DNA from: Octopus bimaculoides
Lineage: Eukaryota
DNA length: 39,227 nucleotides
NCBI RefSeq assembly: GCF_001194135.2
Contig: NC_069004.1
Span: forward strand, 19,333,357-19,372,583
Direction: 5' to 3'
Within the stretch, counting starts at the first letter, position 1. Each line of letters begins with the position of its first letter. Below, one piece after another: positions 24,438 through 36,280 of this stretch. The notes below the pieces were generated by a model. It saw only the letters and a list, made by a program, of their open reading frames with translations. It was not told the origin of the DNA and did no database searches. The translations under genes and the position numbers were made by a program.

Positions 24438-25760
24438 GTCTAGAGTTAGCATTTATAGTTATGGTTAGAGGTTAGGATTTAGAGTTTGGATTAGGATTAG
24501 AGTTAGGGTTAAACTGCACGGTAAAGTGTAACTGGCCTGGGAGAACACACACTAAAGTAGAGCAAACCTTAATATGTTGCCCAGTTCAACACCACCATCT
24601 GACATCATGGTGGGGGTGGCTTCAGCAGAGTCCACTCTGTCACAAGGACTCTGGTTTGAGAATAGTTTCCCTTCCTCCCTACCACAAGCCTCAGAAGCCT
24701 TGTAGTGAGTCAAGAGCACTACCTTCACTCCCTCCACCCCTACCCAATTACCTCAGAGGCTCCCTTGTTGCTCAGTTAGCTGTTTATTTCTCAGAAGTGC
24801 TATTCCCAGTTGTCATGGAGATGGTCTCTCTACTAAACAACTTCAAAAAGTAGATAGGCTCAAAGAATTGAAACCATTTCCTAAGAGACAGCAGCAGTAG
24901 GTCACCAATTAGCAGAGCTTAGTTTCCTGTACCTCTTGTGTACGTATAGTGAAACATACAGTAACAAATTATATTAATGACTTATACAGGCATGGGAATG
25001 GAGGTGCAGTGACATTCATGCCTTTCCCAAATACAAATGATCTAAGAATAGTAGTTATGATTCCTTTTCTCTAAAATACTATATTTGTTGTTGTTGTGGC
25101 AGTGGTGTTTGAGGGTAGTGTCAGATTAACCTTGATAGAGAAAATCTATGATTCAAAAGGCATTCCAGCCGTGACCATCTCCTAGTGCAGCTAGAATTAC
25201 ATTAACCATTGTATTGTTTTGAAAGATGAGAGAATGTTTTGAAGGAGATCTAGCTTCAAAAAGTAGGTCAAGCCACCAGTGTTGAAGTGGACACTATAAC
25301 AGACAAATGGTAAACGTTGCTGATTTTAACCCAGGTCAGCTCTGACCTAGCAAAGATATTACAGCCACAACCAATCAATAGCCAATGATGATTAGATTGT
25401 TAATTTTTAAGACAGTGGGGTGCGATTTAAAAGAAATTAGGCTGCTATTTTAACTTATCAAACAACCACAGAGACTCCGTACAATATTTAAGAAGATAGA
25501 AAATTTAGCTAATTAAATCAACCCACCCCTTCTGATTTTGTCTGTAATATTTACCCACAGATATATATTAAGGTCAGATGAGGCAGGCAATTTGTACTAC
25601 AGAGGTAGATGCTTCGACACAATACTACACATAGAGATGCAAAGTGTAGCCAGTGGGGGGGGGGTAGACAGGGGCAGTGGTGTAGACAGGGACAGTGTTT
25701 GAGGGTAGTGTCAGATTAACCTTGATAGAGAAAATCTATGATTCAAAAGACATTCCAGCT

Positions 25761-25834
25761 GTTTTTGCTCGTCATCAGTCTGGAGTAGCATGACCTGATG
25801 ATAAGCAAAGACTCAGAAACATGTCTCTGGATGC
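25761..25834. ncRNA. Degenerate, inverted pair of hammerhead-ribozyme-like motifs (Penelope-like element type)
   Basis: Plus strand: CTGATGA(25795)-TAAGCAAAGACTCA-GAAAC-AT-GTC-TCTGGA. Minus strand: GCTACTCCAGA-CTGATGA-CGAGCAA. Likely decayed. Confidence 0.5.
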
Positions 25835-26276
25835 AGGCTTAGCTGGGTGGAGGTGCTTGTCTCCCCCTTGTAAACATAAGGACACAAGAAATGTGTCAAG
25901 GCTGACAGGAAGTGGTGCAGCTTCTTAGGTCTAACCAACAGTAATATCATTCCCTTCAAGGGACTGTCACATTAAGTTGACAGCATACAACTACTTCATC
26001 GTATTACTACTGCATAAATCTCTCTGAGAGATTTTGAAATGTATTATTCCTAAATCACTTTATATATATTCTTCACTCACATCATTCTGGCTTGACTACA
26101 CACTGGTCACTAATCCTACCTGCTCCTGAGTGTGATATCAAATTCTATCTGACCAACAGATGTCCAAAGTCATACATTAGACTAATGTTTTAATAAAACC
26201 TAAAATGTAGCATTGCTAAACTGTAGCCATTATATATATAGAGAGAGGGGGGGAGGGGGAGGGAGGGAGAGAGAGA

Positions 26277-26319
<43 letters not shown>

Positions 26320-26775
26320 CTTATTAATTTTATGTCAGCATTTTTCCTCAGTAATACTGTAATTAATTATAATTTCCCAACAGGCTGGCTCACTGCATTT
26401 ATGGAGAAAAAGCTGATGACCAGAGCAACTCAGGTGAAATAAATACTTCAATAGATTTGTTCAAATGCACCAGTTTGTTTTCTTTTCTCTTCAATTTACA
26501 ACTTTAATTAATCAATGAATGGTATACAAATACATCTATATCTATCTATTCACAGACAGACTGACAGATACATGTGTTTGTGTTGATGGGTGCAGGTATG
26601 GCTGTGTGGTAAGCAGGTTGCTTCCCAACCACTTGGTTTCGGTTCAGCTGCCACTACATTGCACACAGGGCAAATGTCTTTTACTATAGCCCCAAATCAA
26701 AGACTTGTGAGTAGATTTGATACACAGAAACTGAAAGAAGCCCATCAGATGTGTACATCACTACTGTTTATATTA

Positions 26776-26841
<66 letters not shown>

Positions 26842-27621
26842 GTGCCACATAAAAAGCAAATGTGCTGGTGCCATGTAAAAAGGACCGAGTACACTCTTTG
26901 ACATGGCTGGCATTAGGAAAGGCATCCAGCTGTAGAAACCATGCCAGAACAGACAATTGGAGCCTGGTGCAGCTCTCTGGTTTGCCAGCTCCTGTCAAAC
27001 TTCCCAATTTTCCAGCATGGAAAATGATGATTATATGTGTGTGTGAGTGTATGTATATATGTATACACATTACACACACACACATCTCAGAAGGAACCGG
27101 TTAACCCTAGTGTATGGTAGCATAAACTTGCCCACAGCACCCTGCAACAAACTAGAACTTGTAACCACATAGTTGTGAAGCAAACTTCTTAACCACCTAG
27201 TCATGATTGTACTTATACCTGTTGCTAGTTTAATGAGAAGAAACTTGTACTAAAAAACAAAAATAATAAAATAAAAGGAAAAAAAAATAACCAAAGAAGA
27301 TGTGAATTCCAGAAGCTGCAGCAAAAGCAACCTAATTAGCAGAGTAACAATTCTAAATAAAAACTGGCAGGCAATAAGCAATCCTGGTACCAGTGAAATG
27401 ATAGGGTACACCCACTCCACACTGGATGTGGATGGCAATAGGAAAGACATCCACTTGTTAAAAACCAGACCAAATAACAAATTGTACCCAACAAAGAAGA
27501 TGAATGGGTGTTCGATGTTATTGAGTAAGTTAATAACTGACTACAACAAGTGTTAGGAGAGACTTGTGTAACACATGCCAGCATGGGGAAACCTGACATG
27601 ATGATGATGATGAATCTAGAT

Positions 27622-28076
27622 CAGTTTTTCCCAACCATTTATTACCTTTGCACTTCTTTGATTTCTGTTTTACTGAGATGGACCCTTATTGTCATTCAAT
27701 GTTTAAGAAATATTATATGCTTATAATCAACCCTTTAGCATTTAAACCAGCCATATCCAGCCCAGTATTATATTTGCTTTATGTTCAACCCAGCTAGATC
27801 TGACTTCTTACACTTAACCTACAATATCATTCTAAAACTATACACTCACATCATCAAAATCTCAAAACTATGTGATAATGCATGATCAATTAAAAAAAAA
27901 ATGTGAATGAATAAGCAATACATTTGACAGAATAATTTGAATACTAAAGGGTTGAATATTATTAGGAATTGTATCAAAAAATTTAAGGTATTTTGTGTAT
28001 TGCAGAAACAAAACCAATTAATTGCAGATATATTTTGACAACAAAATCTTATATGGACGCCGGTTGAAAACCACTG
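27622..28076. mobile_element. hAT (Charlie/Buster-like) MITE with a nested piggyBac-like MITE (27728-27957)
   Basis: Ends CAGTTTTTCCCAACC and GGTTGAAAACCACTG; 8-bp TSD ATCTAGAT (27614-27621) and ATCTAAAT (28077-28084). Confidence 0.85.
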
Positions 28077-28337
28077 ATCTAAATAGTTTCTATGACCTAC
28101 AATCATCCTCTGTGTGTATGTCTATAATTTTCCTTTTTTTCTTTCTTTGTCTGAAATTTCATATTGTGCATTTTTGAAAAATGTGTTTGTGTTGTGTATG
28201 GTACAGTACTATGGTGGATATCTCTATGCTTACATACACGTTTCAACAAATAGCATCTGCCAGAGAGACAAGTTAATTCATAAACCATATCGGTTATCAA
28301 TGGGTGAGACACCTCCTGTCAGAGCAGCTGACATTGG

Positions 28338-28374
<37 letters not shown>

Positions 28375-28740
28375 AATAAGAGGTGTTGCTCCAGATTAAC
28401 TCTTACTGAACAGACTTATCATCAAAGGTATTGCCAGCCATAAATATCCCGTCTTTTGTATATCTAGGACTACACTGTCCACAATTCAATATGATAGTGC
28501 AATTTAAGGGAGATCTGACAACTACTTCTAACCCAGTTGGCTTGTATATTTGCTTCCTTCACAAGAAAAACACCCGAAATGGAAATGAGTCAAGGAGGAA
28601 ACCTTTATGTACGCAATCGACCAGCTAAAAATAGCAGCCAAAAAGAAAACCCCTACCGTCATACAAAAAAGGGTTCATTAATTAATATAGTCCCAGAAGG
28701 CGATATTTGAGTTTAAAACATCTCTTGCACATTTGTCAAT

Positions 28741-28955
28741 CAAGATGGCGCAATCAGAAGTTAACGGTCCGAATCTAACACGCCGAAAGAATTCAAAGCT
28801 AAATACGCAAGTTTGATATACATCACGCTTTGCAATATTTGGACAAAGTGCACCCGGCGGGGGGATAGTCGTGACAGGAATGCTTTTAATCAGAAGAGTG
28901 CTCGATCAAGGCAGATTCCGAGCGAAACAACAGCCGGCAGCAGGGCGAATTCTAG
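28741..28955 (+). promoter_or_regulatory. CpG-rich promoter-like segment with YY1-type motif AAGATGGCG and a possible donor at 28955/28956
   Basis: About 17 CpG in 28741-28980 by hand count; CAAGATGGCG at 28741; TAG|GTAAAC. Confidence 0.35.
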
Positions 28956-29816
28956 GTAAACGTAACGCAAAATATGGCACTTGCTACCTGGTTAATACTT
29001 TTCGCTCGAAATTACGAGCGGAGGAGAAAATATATATATTTGATTTTACCCTACAAGGGGTTGTTTTTCATATCTGAAGAGGGATTTAATAAGCGTTTTT
29101 GCTAAGAATGAAGCAGAAGCGAAACCGAAATTCCCAGTACTCAGTTTTCGGTAGCAGTACCTGTATTGACAAGGATAATTATGCTGTTCCACAATTTTGC
29201 AAACATGAGTTATCTTTCTTTATTTAATTCTACTTCCGTACACAACGATGATGATGATGATGATGGTGGTGACACTAGCCATTCAGTACTTGTAGTAATT
29301 AAACAATAAGGACAGCTACAAAAAAGGAAAATAAACATCGCTCGCACACACACACACGTCGTCACAGTCGTCAAATGACAACGTGGAGGTACTTTTATCA
29401 GTGGATCAAAGCTGTCAAACCAACCACAGGAGGTGTAAAGGTAACAGGTGTCGCAAAACAATATTAGCAACGTAACGCAGCCGCCGTGGACGGTGGATTG
29501 ACAGAATCTACTCAAAGAATCAAATAAAATGTCTTTCGGTATTAAGGTAGCGTTGTTTATGTTCTCTGCTGAGTCTAAATTCCTTCAGGGACGACTTTAC
29601 CGTTCACCTTTCCGCGGAGGGAGGGTAGTCGATAAAATAAATACCTGTCACACACTGGAATCGATATCATTGTCTATTCACTCGTCCCCTAAATTCGAAA
29701 CCATGTGTCCATGTTAGAAATCAATACAGGCATGACAACAAAATGTTGGTCAGTTAATTGACCACGATGCAATGGCCTTTCGTATCGTCTTCACACACAG
29801 ACACACCTACATAAGC

Positions 29817-30210
29817 GTGTCCTCCCACCACACACACTCTTACAAATTTGTTTCCTCATAACTTTGAGAAAAATGGGTATTTGTTAATGAAATTTTCCAC
29901 AAATATATTTCAGGTGCAGCAGATTCTGATTATACCGTAATTTGTTGTGAAAAATACACTTTGGAGATGGGGGTGGAGCGGAGAGGGTGTTTCTGATAAT
30001 TCACATGAATCGACTTTGTTTCCACATAACTTTCAGGGGGAAAAAAAGGGGAATTTTATAATGAGATTTCCAACAAATACTTTTCAGGATGTGTAGATTA
30101 CGATCGCATCAGAATTTAATGTGATAAAACAAAAATTAGTGCATGCCATATAAGAACTATCCATTTTTGTAAAAGTTATGGGAAAACAAAGTGTTTGAGG
30201 TGGGGGACAC
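29817..30210. mobile_element. Non-autonomous DNA element with about 55-65-bp imperfect TIRs and an internal direct repeat
   Basis: gtgtcctcccacc...tttgtttcctcataactttgagaaaaatgg versus ccatttttgtaaaagttatgggaaaacaaag...ggtgggggacac. Confidence 0.6.
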
Positions 30211-31887
30211 ACTTGTGTATGTATGCCTATATATGTAACTTCCTAAATGAGAATGAAGACTGAAAGATGTGAGGAAATGATGTGATTATATAACGTTTTC
30301 CAAAACCTTTAGGCCAGGTAAAAATTGCCAAACCTGGCAATCGAAGCTATGTTTTAAGATTGATTATTTTATGAATAAAGTTCAAAATTTGTTGTTAAAT
30401 TGCCTTTGTAGTTTGTTAAATACATTGTGGTCCATGAACATCCCCACCACTTTCACCCCCAAGCACAGTGCACCTATAACCAACCATATTATCCTACTGT
30501 CGACTAGTGCGGTTCCAATTCTTGTTGACCCTGATAGAGCAGATTTAAGATTAAAGGCGTCTCGGTTCTGAGGGTAGTGTGTGGTTTGAGGGAGATTTTG
30601 AACTCTTTCTAGTAGAGTGAGTGACTATATAATGGCTTCTTTCTTTGGCTCGTTAAAACCGTCTTTGTTGTTCGGCCGATAGTCAGTCCTGATCAAAAGC
30701 GCTCCGGCTGAGACCATCCCATCAGTTGGTATAAAGATAAACTTACTCAGTGTCCCTTTCCTACTTTCAATACAAGTTGGGTGTATGAGTTAAGAGAAGT
30801 TTGGCTGCTATTTTTTGTAGGTCGAACTATGACGTAGAAGCTGAGTTTGTTGGGCTCTAGTTATGTGGTTTGTTTAACCCCAAATCTAACCTAAGAGCAA
30901 ATTTATGATCAAAGGCGCTCCACTTTGACCTTCTCTTGGGCATTATATTTCCAGGACTAAAATATCTAACATGTCCTTTCCTTTTCATGCGTAATTTAAA
31001 GGAAACTTAATTGCTATTTCTAGCAGATCAAACGACCGGATAGAGGACTCCCGCATGGGTGGTAGGCGTTTCACTTTGTCCTCTTGGACATTACATTTCC
31101 AGGAATCCTTTCCTTTTTTCATATGTAATTTGAGGGAAACTTAATAGCTATTTCTAGCAGATCAAACGACCATGTAGAGGACCCGGCTTTGCGTGGAACG
31201 GGCTGTATGTAGAGTCTGAAAATGGAGATTATCAGTGGATAATATATCTAAGCGAGTCGGTCATGACGTGTACAAAAACACGGCAATGTTGACAAAACCA
31301 TTAGAAAAACATAACACAGCACCACAGTAGCCACTTGGCGTTGGATACTTTCACCCAACAAACCGATCAACAAAAACACCCACGCCCACTCTCCAACGAA
31401 TTTTCCCCACTGACTTAATAAATGTGGCCTTCATCGCACGGACTACCGCCAATTAAACCGGAACCCGTATAAAATGAAATCCAAAGATAAATAAGACTGT
31501 TGATTTTTTTTATACAAAGAAAAAAAATTTAATTAAATAAACAAACACGTAGTTTAAGATGCATCAACAAGCACTGTGCTGTTGTTTTTGTTGAGCCCCT
31601 CGGCAGGGTCGACCCTGACTGAGCAGACCCTATATTAAAATTCAGTCCTCCTTGACGTGTCACCATGTTTTTTTAAGACGGTAAGGGGTGATCTGAGAGA
31701 AATCTAGCTGCTATTTTTAGCAGATTGAATAAACATTTATAAGCCTTCTTTTTTTCTGTTGTTGCTCAGTTTGTTCCCCCAGATCAATCCAGACCTTATA
31801 GTCGAAAGTGTTCCAGCTGGAGGGGAGGGGGGGGTACTTAAAACACCATTGCCCAATGTACCATGTTTCTTTTGTAAAATACTAAGC

Positions 31888-32036
31888 CAGTCATGGGCAA
31901 CCTGCGGCCCGCAGGACTTTCTGAATGCCACACCGAACGAAAAACTACTTTGAATTATATTTTAGCGGTGCGGCCCGCCTAATGATAAGTCATGTCTAAT
32001 ACGGCCCGCTTCTCGAAAAAAAGTTGCCCGTGTCTG
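31888..32036. mobile_element. hAT-type MITE
   Basis: TIRs CAGTCATGGGCAAC and GTTGCCCGTGTCTG; three (G/A)CGGCCCGC subterminal motifs typical of Charlie-like elements; flanks TACTAAGC and CACTATGA partly match. Confidence 0.8.
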
Positions 32037-33077
32037 CACTATGATATGATTTGAGAGACATCTGGCTGTTATTTCTAGCAGATCTTCCGACCACGACCAC
32101 GATCTCTCTCCCTCCTTCTCGCTGGCTCTACAAATACTGTCATTATTTATTGTTGGTCGATTTTAAGGAATACTTAAGACATTTTTACATATAATAATAA
32201 TAAAACTGTCAAAAATTGTAAAATACAAGGATGTTAATTAGTTATTTCTATGTTTCTGCTGTTACTTTTACGCGAATTACTGTGAGAGTTTATGAATAAA
32301 AATTTCCTAAAGTTTGAACACTGACACATCAAGAACTATTTTAAAATATGGATTTGTTAACCTTCAGATTTCTTTAATAGGCTTGTTATTTGAAATGGGG
32401 ATTGCTTGGAGGTCTCTCGGTGTGGATACTTACATCAGATTTCTTTATGTATATTCCATATTTCAAATGATTAAGAAAATATGATTCTTTTTCATCATGG
32501 GGTGTTTTTGTTTTCATTTTGGTGGAGGGAAGGAACAGTTACTAAACAAAATTCCAGTCAAATATTGGAACCTGATTTTAATATTATTAAATAAAACATC
32601 TTAGATGCGAATGGAATTTATAATAGAATAGAATGGAATAAAATATTCAATTGGTTATCGTCAACACGAAGGAATAAACACTTCAAAAACTCAGTAGAGG
32701 CATAAAAGAAAGACTTGGAAGAAGAGGTCCAAGTGTTTTACCGTTTCGTCGAGTTTTCTCTTTTTGTTTTTGTTTTTTCTGTTCAGAACCAAAAAAGACC
32801 GACAAATCAATTAATTCGAAATCAATTGAAATATTATTTACTATTTCTGCTGTCTGTTCATTAGTCGAACACATATCTATACACACACACGTCTCAAAAG
32901 TAGATACCTCTCATTATGTGTACATATCTATACATATACGCGTACATATGTATATACATGTAAACGTTTGTATATACACACACACACATACATATGTATA
33001 TATACGTATTTATAAATACATGTGTGTGTGTGTGTGTGTATAATATAGAAATATAAACAATACTGTAGCGGACTCAC

Positions 33078-33244
33078 CTTCCAGGCACTGGTGTTATTGT
33101 ACTTTTTTTCCAAAATCCTTGTTTGTTATTGTAGTTTGTGGTGGCCTTAGGAGAGGCGACAGAAGCTGAATGAAAGACGGGGTGGTTGCCGTTGTTGTTG
33201 TCAGCAGTGGCGGTGGGCAAAGTAGTTGGACCATAAGTGGACAT
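33078..33244 (-). CDS. Candidate first coding exon (or long uORF) of an unidentified minus-strand gene: MSTYGPTTLPTATADNNNGNHPVFHSASVASPKATTNYNNKQGFWKKSTITPVPG, phase-2 donor
   Basis: ATG at 33244, 55 open codons, ending at a consensus donor AAG|GTGAGT (33078/33077); non-repeat sequence inside a CpG-rich domain. No homology recognised. Confidence 0.45.
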
Positions 33245-33399
33245 AACTAACCGAGAAGGTATCGGGAAAGAGGAGAAGAAGCGGAAAAGGACAATACTCC
33301 AAAACTCAAAAAAAACAAAACAGCAGGCATCGAATGGAATATGAAAAACTACTTCAGGTCCTTTTGTAGTTGTTTTGGGTGTTTCGTAGGAAGGGGGGG

Positions 33400-33401
<2 letters not shown>

Positions 33402-33435
<34 letters not shown>
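33402..33435. repeat. Poly(T)34 tract; many other microsatellites, e.g. (GT)n 8560-8612, (TA)n 8764-8810 and 21039-21108, (GA)n 26260-26315, (ATT)n 36884-36930
   Basis: Directly visible. Confidence 0.95.
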
Positions 33436-33436
<1 letters not shown>

Positions 33437-33754
33437 GTATCTGGATTTTCCTCACCGAAACGGTGAGATCTGTTGTATATAAACAATAAACAGTACTTGC
33501 TAAGGAAGGAAAGAAGAAGAAGAACCAAAACAATTCGATAGAAGCCGAGGAGGAGGAGGCGGTGTCTTTTCGACACCACAACGATAACAAATCGCCCAGG
33601 TTTCTGAAATTTGGGCGAGAGTTCACTAGAATAAAGGTAGTATTGCTTTTTCCCCACTGGTTTCGTTGCTTTAAACAACAACTCAGTTATCTAAGCAACT
33701 TTCCTGTTAAGCCAATATGTTGTTTTTGTTATTAATGATTGCGTGTTTTGCTGT

Positions 33755-33840
33755 CAATGAGGATGACGTGCTCGGCTGCCGGAAACCCGTGGAAACTCAA
33801 AGATGGCTGATTGTGTTGCGAGTGCGCATGCGTAAACTCT
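33755..33840. promoter_or_regulatory. Housekeeping-type promoter motif cluster
   Basis: TGACGTG (CRE-like, about 33764), GCCGGAAA (ETS-like, about 33778), AAGATGGC (YY1, about 33800), TGCGCATGCGT (NRF1-like, 33823-33833). Confidence 0.5.
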
Positions 33841-35006
33841 CATGGTGCCAGATCACTTTTTGTTGTTTTTGCTTTTTTTTTTTTCACTTTTTTATCCGGA
33901 AAAATGAAGTTACTTTCTTGTTGCGACTTTTCCCAGAATCTTCCGTTTGGTTTATTGTTGTTGTTTAACCACCACAACCACTACTACTAACCTTCCACAC
34001 TGACTTAACTCTCTTACTGAATTAACCTATGATCAAAGCGCTCCAGCCGTGACCATCCCATGGTTACTAAATCTATCATCAAATTGTCTTTCGAATTTTT
34101 GCAAGACGTTATGGTAGGATTTGAAACGATTAGCTGCTCTTTCTAGCAGGTCGGACGCCCATTTTTCAAAATGTTATGGTAGAGTTTGAAAAGATTAGCT
34201 GCTCTTTCTAGCAGGTCGGATGCCCATGTATAATAGTTTCTACTATAGGCACCAGGCTTGAAATTTTAGGGAGAGAAGTTAGTCGACCACATTGACACCA
34301 CCGCTTGACTGGCACCTATTTTATCAACTTCGAAAAGATAAAACGAAAAGTCGACCTCGGCGGAATTTGAACTCAGAATGCTAAGACGGACGGGAAAAGG
34401 CTGCGCGGTAACGATTCTGCCGGCTTGCCGCCTTATACACTAACGTACAATACTTTCTGCTATAGGCACAAGGCTTGAATTTTTTTAGAGGGTTTAGTCG
34501 ACTACATAGACCCCCCAGTGCTTAACTTGATAACTTATTTTATCGATTACGAAAGGATGACGAGCAAAGTCGAGTTCGGCCGGATTTGAACTCAGAACAT
34601 AAAGACGACCGAAATGCTGCGAAACATTTCGCCTAGAACGATAACGATTCTGCCAGCGCTGTCTTATTCGCCTACGTATAATATAATGCCAAATCAAGAA
34701 CGCTTCCCTGAATTTTAAAAACATATGGGAATTAATTGCTCAACGCTAGACTTATGAATGATTATTTATTCCATTTCCTCGACTGTTCAAATACTTTATC
34801 TTTCTTTTGTTCAAGTCATTGGACTGTGGCCATGCTGGAGCACCCCCTTGAAGGGCATAATGGAACAAATGACACGCCCCACCACCTCCACCAATATTAA
34901 TTTGTTTAAGCCTGATACTAATTCTCTTTCTACCTAAGCACTATGTTACGTAAACAAACTAACAGTGATTCTCAAGCATTGGTGGTGATGGTGGGACACA
35001 CATTTA

Positions 35007-36280
35007 TGGAGTGTTCGGGCTAAATTTGACTGTTTTTATGTCTCCTTTCTTCGGACACAGCTTGATGTATTGATAAACAGTCAATGGCGTTAGAGAGCAT
35101 AAAGATTGAAGTTGTAGTTGAGAAAAATTTAGTTGTAATGGGTGACTGGAAGCCATCTGAATATTGAGAAAGAGTTACTTGTATCATGATGATTCACCCC
35201 TAGTAACAAAATGCCGACGTCATGGCTGCTGCTCAATGCTCTGTGAATACTGTAAAGGCTGTAAGATGTGACATGAACAGCTGCAACATAGAGTACAAAG
35301 TCATGGCCAGCAGAAAGGCACATAAAAGACATTTTGTACTGCATCCGCACACCACAGTTAATCTAACAACTGCAGAGCAAGGTGATGGAAAATTTGAGGA
35401 AGGGACTGTAGGTTTTGATGCGAGAGATTGGTGTTGAAGTTTCCACAATGGAGCTGGCTTTGAAAGAGAACCTTTGCTAAACTTGTACAAGAAGCACAAA
35501 GAACAAATTCTGACAGCCAAGGCCAAGGAGAACTATTTTACAAAGGCAAAGAAGCTCCTGAACAAGATGGGGTATCCTGTTGAGTTGGGGATGATCTGAT
35601 TCTTCTTAGATGAAAAGAACTTCTGCCAGGACCAGTTGCACAACACCAAGAACTACAGGTGGCTTGCCTACAATCCATGTGATGTCCCATGTATTATGAA
35701 AACCAAGTTTGCTCAGACCGTGATGGTCTCTGGGTGTTTCTCCAGTGAGAGTGATATCATATTGCCCCTCATCTTTGAACAGAGCCTTAAGCTCAATTTA
35801 GATGGCCGTGTGAGGCTGCTGGAATCTGTGATCAAACTGTGGCTGGAGAGGGTTGCTACTGGAAGGCTATATGTCCAGAACCAGGATTTGGCTCCTTGCC
35901 ATTGTCAGATTATTTCTACAACTTCACCACCACAAATTTCTGGCTTCTTAATTCCAGATTGTAATCCCATAGATTATTATGTGTGGTTTGCAATTTAAAA
36001 AGACATCAACAACTCTGCCTGCAACGCCAAAGCTGAGCTCACAGATAAGATCAAGGCAATGTTTGAAGATCTTCCCAGGGACACAATGAAGAATGCATGT
36101 GCCAAGGTCATCTTGTGACTGTGATGGAAGTTGAAGGTGGCTACTTTCAACAGACTGTTATCTCCCAGCCATAATTTAATTGATAGTTTTTGAATTTTTT
36201 ATAATAATTTTATTTTTGGATAAGATATTGCATTTTCTTTTCTTTTTATGCAAAATGTCAAATTTAGCCCAAACACCCTG
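35007..36280 (+). mobile_element. Degenerate Tc1/mariner element of the maT (DD37D-like) group, about 1.27 kb
   Basis: 24-bp TIRs TGGAGTGTTCGGGCTAAATTTGAC (35007-35030) and GTCAAATTTAGCCCAAACACCCTG (36257-36280), 4 mismatches, TA on both flanks. Broken transposase with FFLDEKNFCQDQ, VMVSGCFSSE, QDLAPCH and PDCNPIDYYVW. DDD spacing is not countable because of a deletion. Confidence 0.85.

Noticed and set aside
26412-26445. CTGATGA-CCAGAGCAACTCAGG-TGAAAT, hammerhead-like
   Set aside because: No helix I or III partners; it overlaps an exon-like segment and is likely chance.
31230-31420. Minus-strand open frame HLLSQWGKFVGEWAWVFLLIGLLGE..., membrane-protein-like
   Set aside because: No polypyrimidine acceptor or start; hydrophobicity follows from G/T-rich composition.
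33078-33110. KKSTITPVPG resembles the MTHFD/FolD motif ITPVPGGVGPM
   Set aside because: That motif is C-terminal in those enzymes, and the upstream sequence here is low-complexity; the match is too short.
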